A DNA stretch of 64,000 bases from Acidobacterium sp. (lineage in GTDB: Bacteria; Acidobacteriota; Vicinamibacteria; Vicinamibacterales; UBA2999), in contig NSIL01000004.1 of NCBI GenBank assembly GCA_002737365.1, positions 128,019 to 192,018 of the forward strand, in the 5' to 3' direction. The notes under the pieces are model-generated. The model was not told the origin of the DNA, ran no database searches, and was given only the letters and a program-made list of their open reading frames with translations. The position numbers and the translations under genes are program-made. Position 1 is the stretch's first letter. Each line of letters begins with the position of its first letter. Positions 58,763-64,000 of the stretch are shown here, in pieces.

Positions 58763-59634
58763 GCCTGCGGCCAGACCCACGGCGGGCGTGGCGCAGCATG
58801 GTGAGGGCGAGATGGCCGCTGCTGGCGGTGGCCATTCTGGCCGTCGTGGTTGTGGTGGCGGCCTTCGGCCCTTGGCTGGCGCCGCTCGATCCGGAGCGTC
58901 AGAGCATCGTGTCGCGACTGTCGCCGCCGGGCACGACGGGCCCGCAGGGGATCACGCACTGGCTCGGGTCCGACGTGCTCGGCCGCGACGTGTTGTCGCG
59001 CCTGCTCTACGGCGCGCGCATCTCGTTGCTGGTCGGGCTGGCGGCGATTATGGTCGGCGGGACACTGGGGACGTTGGCGGGTCTCGTCTCCGGCTACTTC
59101 GGCGGCTGGATCGACGACCTGACGATGCGGCTCTGCGACATGCAGTTGGCGTTTCCGTTCGTGCTCCTGGCGATCATGTTCCTGGTGGTGCTGGGCCCGG
59201 GGGTCGGCAACCTCGTGCTAGTCCTCGGCATCGGCCAGTGGGTCACCTACGCCCGGATCGTCCGCGCCGAGACGCTGTCGCTGCGCGAGAAGGAGTTCGT
59301 CGAAGCGGCCCGCGCGCTGGGCGACCGCACCGCGACCATTCTGTTCCGCACGATTCTGCCGAACACCATCGCCCCGCTGACCGTCATTGCCTCGTTCAAC
59401 GTGGCGAGCGTGATACTCACCGAGGCGGCGTTGTCGTTTCTCGGCCTGGGCGTGCCGGCGTCGGTGCCGACCTGGGGCAGCATGCTGGCCGAGAGCCGCG
59501 ATACGCTGCTGGCGAACAAGTGGTGGCTCGCCGTGTTTCCTGGCGTCGCGATCATGCTGACCGTGCTCAGTTTCAACATCATCGGGGATTGGCTGCGGGA
59601 CGCCCTGGATCCGCGGCTGCGGGAGCGACAGTGA
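58759..59634 (+). CDS. ABC transporter permease (DppC/OppC-like)
   Basis: 291 aa from ATG 58759 (ATGA overlap). Blocks HWLGSDVLGRDVLSRLLYGARISL and EFVEAARALG (EAA loop). Confidence 0.9.
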   Translation: MSLRPDPRRAWRSMVRARWPLLAVAILAVVVVVAAFGPWLAPLDPERQSIVSRLSPPGTTGPQGITHWLGSDVLGRDVLSRLLYGARISLLVGLAAIMVGGTLGTLAGLVSGYFGGWIDDLTMRLCDMQLAFPFVLLAIMFLVVLGPGVGNLVLVLGIGQWVTYARIVRAETLSLREKEFVEAARALGDRTATILFRTILPNTIAPLTVIASFNVASVILTEAALSFLGLGVPASVPTWGSMLAESRDTLLANKWWLAVFPGVAIMLTVLSFNIIGDWLRDALDPRLRERQ

Positions 59635-59644
59635 GACAGCGAGA

Positions 59645-60727
59645 ATGAGAGTCGGGATCATCGGGGCCAGCTTTGCGCAGGCGGCGTATTTGCCGGCGCT
59701 GCGACACGTGCCTGGCGCAGACGTGGTCGCGGTGGCGTCGGCACGCCTGGCGAGCGCACAGAAGGCCGCGTCGGCTTTCGGCGTGCCGCATGCCTACGAC
59801 GACTGGCAGCGGATGCTCGCCGCGCACACCTTCGACCTGGTGTGCATCGCGACACCGACCGTGCAGCACGCGCTGCAGACCCTGGCCGCGATCGCCGCCG
59901 GCGCGCACGTGCTCTGTGAGAAGCCGACGGCGATGCACGCCGGCGAGGCGGCGCGCATGCTCGCCGCCGCTGAAGCCGCCGGCCGCGTGCACATGATTGA
60001 CCACGAGCTGCGCTTCAATCCCAATCGCGCGCGGATTCAGGCGCTCATCGCCGACGGCAGCCTCGGCGAGGTTCGGCATGTCATCATCAGCAACATCGGT
60101 CCGTCGTGGAACGACCCGGCCAGCCGGCCGAAGGGCGACTGGTGGAGCCAGGCGGAGCAGGGCGGCGGCCGCCTCGGCGCCAATGGCAGCCATCAGGTCG
60201 ACCTGCTGCGCTGGTGGCTGGGCGAGGCGGCCTGGGTGACTGGAGCCGCTCCGGTGATGGTGCCGGCGCGCCTCGACAAGGTTACCGGTGCGCCGTGGAC
60301 GGCGACGGCCGACGACGTCGCGTATTTCACCGCCGAGATGGCGAGCGGCGCCGTGGCCCAGGTATTCATGTCGGGCGTGGCCGCGCACAACATGAACAAC
60401 GTCACGCAGGTATTCGGCTCGAAGGGCACCGTGAAGCTCTCGACCGACGACGAGCGCCTCTGGTTCGCCAGGGCCGGGCAGGGGTTCGAGGACATCACCG
60501 AGACCGATCCGAACGCGTCGCTGCCGGGTGTGGGTCCGGGCATCTGGAACGTGTCTGTGGTCGGCGTGATGCAGGAATTGGCCGCGGCGATTCGTGAGCA
60601 GCGACGGCCGTTACGCGGCGCGACCTTCGTCGACGGCCTGGCCAATCAGCGCCTGCTCGACGCCGTGCGCGTGTCGGGCACCGAGCGCCGATGGGTGCGA
60701 CCGGAGGACATCGATGCCGGCGCTTGA
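59645..60727 (+). CDS. Gfo/Idh/MocA-family oxidoreductase (second copy)
   Basis: 360 aa. N-terminal MRVGIIGASFAQ and the EKP motif (LCEKPTA). Confidence 0.85.
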   Translation: MRVGIIGASFAQAAYLPALRHVPGADVVAVASARLASAQKAASAFGVPHAYDDWQRMLAAHTFDLVCIATPTVQHALQTLAAIAAGAHVLCEKPTAMHAGEAARMLAAAEAAGRVHMIDHELRFNPNRARIQALIADGSLGEVRHVIISNIGPSWNDPASRPKGDWWSQAEQGGGRLGANGSHQVDLLRWWLGEAAWVTGAAPVMVPARLDKVTGAPWTATADDVAYFTAEMASGAVAQVFMSGVAAHNMNNVTQVFGSKGTVKLSTDDERLWFARAGQGFEDITETDPNASLPGVGPGIWNVSVVGVMQELAAAIREQRRPLRGATFVDGLANQRLLDAVRVSGTERRWVRPEDIDAGA

Positions 60728-61421
60728 GGGCCAGACGGTGCTCGTGACCGGCGCGGCCCAGGGACTGGGCGCCGCCATCGCCCGCCATCTGCATGCCGGA
60801 GGCGCCCGGCTCATCCTGATGGACCGCGATGCCACGGGCCTCGCGGGCATCGCCGCCGAGTGCCGTGGCGCCGTGTCCGCCGTGGTGGACCTGGCCGACG
60901 CAGCCGATACCGCTCGGGCGATTGCCACCGCGGTCCGCGGGCCCGTCGACACGCTCATCCACAACGCGGCCATCCTCAAGATGGAGCCGGTCGACGTGGT
61001 GAGCCTCGCTACGTTCCAGGCTACGCTCAACGTCGGCATTCAGGCGGGGTTCCAGCTCACGCAGGCGGTGTGGCCGACGATGAAAGCCCGCGGCGGCGCC
61101 CTGGTCTTCGTGAGCTCGCGGTCGGGCATCGAAGGGTTCGCCGACGAGACGGCGTATTGTGCGTCGAAGCACGCGCTCGAAGGCTTCTCGAAGAGCCTGG
61201 CCCTCGAGGGCGCCGGGCACGGCATTCTCTCGGTCACGGTCACGCCGGGGATGTACATGCACACGCCGATGTCGGAAACCACCTACTCAGCGGAGTTGCG
61301 CGCGCAGTGGGTCGATCCGATCCGGCTCGCCCCGGCCTTCGCGTATCTCGCCACGCGTCCGCTCCACCTGTCCGGGCAGCGCCTGAACGCCTGGGACCTT
61401 TCGCAGGAACGCTCATCATGA
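60714..61421 (+). CDS. short-chain dehydrogenase/reductase (classical SDR)
   Basis: 235 aa from ATG 60714 (14-nt overlap with the upstream gene). Motifs TGAAQGLGAAIA (TGxxxGxG), NAA, and YCASKHAL (YxxxK). Confidence 0.88.
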   Translation: MPALEGQTVLVTGAAQGLGAAIARHLHAGGARLILMDRDATGLAGIAAECRGAVSAVVDLADAADTARAIATAVRGPVDTLIHNAAILKMEPVDVVSLATFQATLNVGIQAGFQLTQAVWPTMKARGGALVFVSSRSGIEGFADETAYCASKHALEGFSKSLALEGAGHGILSVTVTPGMYMHTPMSETTYSAELRAQWVDPIRLAPAFAYLATRPLHLSGQRLNAWDLSQERSS

Positions 61422-62782
61422 GCATGAAGCCCGTTTACGACTGGATCGACCAGCACGCCGACGAATGCATCGGCGATCTGCAGCGATTCGTGCAGCAGCC
61501 GTCGATTTCGGCCCAGAACATCGGCCTGCGCGAGTGCGCCTCGCTCGTGCGCGACATGATGCACGCCGACGGCCTGCCGGCCGACTTCCACGAGCTGGCG
61601 GCCGGCCCGCCCGTGGTGTTCGGGCATCTGCAGGCGAAACAGCCGGGCAAGAAGACCATCCTCTGCTACTCGCACTACGACGTGCAGCCGCCCGAACCGC
61701 TCGACAAGTGGACGCACGGCGGGCCCTGGTCGGCGGCGATTGTCGACGGCGTGCTCTACGGGCGCGGCGCCACCGACAACAAGTCAGGGGTGCTGGCGTT
61801 CCAGAAGGCGGCCAAGGCGTTTCTCCAGGTGCGCGGCGAGGTGCCATGCAATCTCAAGTTCCTGGTAGAAGGCGAGGAGGAAATCGGGTCTCCGCACCTG
61901 GCTGCCTGGGCCGCCCAGAATGCCCCACTGCTGGCGGCCGACGGGATGCACTGCCTCGACGGGTCGATGGAGACCGGCACCCAGGTACCGGACGTATCGC
62001 TCGGGCTCAAATCGGTGCTCTTCGTCGAGCTCACGGCGCGCGGTGCGAATAGCGACATCCACTCGCTGAACTTCCCGCTGGTGCCGGCGCCGGTGTGGGA
62101 ACTCATCTGGGCGCTGAACACGATCTTCAGCCGCGACCGCCGCATTCTGATCGAGGGCTGGGACGAAGGCATCTGGCAGCTTGGGCCCGACGACGAACAG
62201 CAGCTGGCCGACAAGGCGGGTCGCGTCAACCTGCAGGCGATGAAGGACGAGTGGGGCATTACCGAGTTCGCCGGCGGCCGCGACGGCATCGATGCCCTGC
62301 GGGCACGCTCCTACGAGCCCACGGCCAACATCCAGGGGTTGATTGCCGGCTACACCGGACCCGGCACGAAGACGATCGTGCCGAACGAAGCGCGGGCACG
62401 CCTCGACTTCCGGCTGATTCCGAACATCCAGCCGGCGGCCGCGATCCGCAAGCTGAAGGCGCACCTCGAGAAACACGGGTTCGGGCACATCGAGGTGAAA
62501 GCGTACGACAACGCCGAGCCGCCCTACAAAATCTCAGTCAAAGAAGACATCAGCCAGGCCATCATCGCCGCGGCGACCGAGGTTTACGGCGAGCTGCCGG
62601 TCGTCAACGGTGTGTCGGCCGAGGGCGCGATTCTGCGCCACGTGTGGATTCCGTGCGTGCTGACCGGTTTCGCCAACCCAGGCGCCAACCTGCACGCGCC
62701 CGATGAAAACATCCACCTCGACAAATACCTGCTCGGCATCAAGTATGCGGCGGCGATCATGGAGCACTTCAGCCGGACCTGA
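61418..62782 (+). CDS. M20-family metallopeptidase/deacylase (cytoplasmic paralog of 7..1701)
   Basis: 454 aa from ATG 61418 (ATGA overlap). Blocks FVQQPSISAQNIG, YSHYDVQP, RGATDNKSG, VEGEEEIGS. No signal peptide. Confidence 0.88.
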   Translation: MSMKPVYDWIDQHADECIGDLQRFVQQPSISAQNIGLRECASLVRDMMHADGLPADFHELAAGPPVVFGHLQAKQPGKKTILCYSHYDVQPPEPLDKWTHGGPWSAAIVDGVLYGRGATDNKSGVLAFQKAAKAFLQVRGEVPCNLKFLVEGEEEIGSPHLAAWAAQNAPLLAADGMHCLDGSMETGTQVPDVSLGLKSVLFVELTARGANSDIHSLNFPLVPAPVWELIWALNTIFSRDRRILIEGWDEGIWQLGPDDEQQLADKAGRVNLQAMKDEWGITEFAGGRDGIDALRARSYEPTANIQGLIAGYTGPGTKTIVPNEARARLDFRLIPNIQPAAAIRKLKAHLEKHGFGHIEVKAYDNAEPPYKISVKEDISQAIIAAATEVYGELPVVNGVSAEGAILRHVWIPCVLTGFANPGANLHAPDENIHLDKYLLGIKYAAAIMEHFSRT

Positions 62783-62790
62783 GCGTCGGG

Positions 62791-62808
62791 TGCGAGCTTG
62801 TTCTCGCA
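62791..62808. terminator. weak hairpin between convergent genes
   Basis: TGCGAG-cttgtt-CTCGCA followed by AAA, 9 nt after the M20 stop. Confidence 0.3.
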
Positions 62809-62831
62809 AAGCGGTTGTGTGAATCTGCGGC

Positions 62832-64000
62832 CTAGCGCTTGATGATCTCCGCCGCGCGAAACAGTTCGTCCGCCGATTGCAGCGTGATGCTTCGCAAGCG
62901 CTCGGGATAGTTCGGCGGCAGTTTCTTCAGGAAGCCGCGCACCGTGTCGGCCACGCTCGCCGACTGATAACCGCCGAGCGTGGCGTCGAGCCAGCGCTTG
63001 GGGAAGAAAACGTCGCCGGTCTTCTGGACCTCCCACAGCAGGTCGAGGCTGGGTTGTACATACTTTTCCGAGGCGGCGGCGCGCAGCGGGTGGTGCAGGT
63101 AGCTCAAGCCCTCGAGCACCCACGGCTCGCGCCGGCGATTGCTGACGTCTTTCAGTGACAGGAACCACTTCTCGCGCACGGCCGGATCCGCCGACAGCGC
63201 CGGCATCACGAACTCGAACCGGCCCTTGCGGTCGGGATTCTCAATGCGCGTGAGCTGCGTCTGCAGCACCTGCTGCCAGTCAGGGACCTGCCGCACGGCG
63301 AGTTCCAGCGCGAGCGACGTGTAGTCGGCCTCGGCCAACGGCAACCCCGTCACCGATTCCTCCTTCGCCCATACCTTGTGCAGCCAGTCCACGGTGCCCG
63401 GCGTGCGGGCCACGTTGCGCAGGGTCCCGAACCACGACGCCTTCTGGCTGGCGGTCTTCGCCTGGCCAAGGCCCTCGCGCATCAGCGATTCGAATCGCGG
63501 CGCGCGCGCCGTCATCTCGGCCGGCTTCAGGAATCGCCACCATGCGCCCGAGGCGTAGCCGAGAATGCGCGAGGTCATCTGCTCGTCGCTTTCCCGTGGC
63601 AGCGATTGCATGGCGAGGTCCACAAACGCGGCCGGTGGCACCTGGCCGTCGAGCATGGCGTCCCACAACGTGACCCAAGCGCTGCCGCGCGTGAGCGGGT
63701 CGTCAATTTCTGGCAGGGACTTCGTCAGGAACGCGATCGTGCCGCGATCGAGCGCGAACGATCCGTAGGCCCAGCCGCCGGCACTTGGCAGCACGTAGGT
63801 TGGCGCGGGCTTGCCGACGGCTTGCGGCACGTCGACGGAGGGACCGTTCATGTCCACGGTCACCATCTCGCGTCCCGTCGGCAGGCCCATCGCGATGCGT
63901 AGTTGCTGCGGCCAGACCAGGTTGCGGTTGCGCGGATCGCGCTGGTGGAAGGCCAGCCGCGCGATCTTGCCGTCCTTGATCTGCAAGTCGGTCTGGATCG
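62832..64000 (-). CDS. M1-family aminopeptidase, C-terminal part (gene continues beyond the window)
   Basis: The visible region of at least 384 aa resembles the all-helical C-terminal (ERAP1_C-like) domain of M1 aminopeptidases. The catalytic HExxH domain would lie past 64000. The frame appears open to the window edge. Confidence 0.65.
   Translation of the reverse strand, partial: IQTDLQIKDGKIARLAFHQRDPRNRNLVWPQQLRIAMGLPTGREMVTVDMNGPSVDVPQAVGKPAPTYVLPSAGGWAYGSFALDRGTIAFLTKSLPEIDDPLTRGSAWVTLWDAMLDGQVPPAAFVDLAMQSLPRESDEQMTSRILGYASGAWWRFLKPAEMTARAPRFESLMREGLGQAKTASQKASWFGTLRNVARTPGTVDWLHKVWAKEESVTGLPLAEADYTSLALELAVRQVPDWQQVLQTQLTRIENPDRKGRFEFVMPALSADPAVREKWFLSLKDVSNRRREPWVLEGLSYLHHPLRAAASEKYVQPSLDLLWEVQKTGDVFFPKRWLDATLGGYQSASVADTVRGFLKKLPPNYPERLRSITLQSADELFRAAEIIKR

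Overview
Visibly high-GC (not computed), very gene-dense bacterial DNA. The gene content resembles a soil Acidobacteria-like organism: TonB-dependent receptor with an N-terminal carboxypeptidase-regulatory-like domain, a sortilin/BNR protein, and many secreted peptidases and amidohydrolases. This taxonomic guess is inference only. I support about 52 intact CDS, 5-6 pseudogenes or gene remnants, and a few hairpins, repeats and candidate promoters. I found no rRNA, tRNA, CRISPR array, IS element or integrase. The window opens with GGATCC directly before the first ATG, which may be a cloning boundary. Layout: (i) 0-5.3 kb, an M20 lipoprotein peptidase coupled to a MacB/FtsX-type ABC exporter. (ii) 5.3-35.9 kb, mixed housekeeping and scavenging genes: secreted formamidase, MFS, cystathionine beta-synthase plus cysteine-dioxygenase-like cupin, sortilin/BNR protein, ubiX, TonB receptor, DUF1028, amidohydrolases, M28, katG, and a patch of decayed amidohydrolase and amidase genes. 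(iii) 35.8-62.8 kb, the most interesting part: an 8-gene minus-strand operon and a 15-gene plus-strand operon, both held together by 4-nt start/stop overlaps. They flank a dead vapBC-like toxin-antitoxin module and a tandem pair of uncharacterised (DUF4438-like) genes. The two operons appear to split one family-5 ABC importer: ATPases in one, binding protein and permeases in the other. They share paralogous aminotransferases and combine peptidases, deacylases and amidohydrolases with sugar-type oxidoreductases. This looks like an uncharacterised catabolic island whose substrate cannot be deduced from sequence. Many long ORFs in the six-frame track are antisense shadow ORFs typical of high-GC DNA and were rejected.
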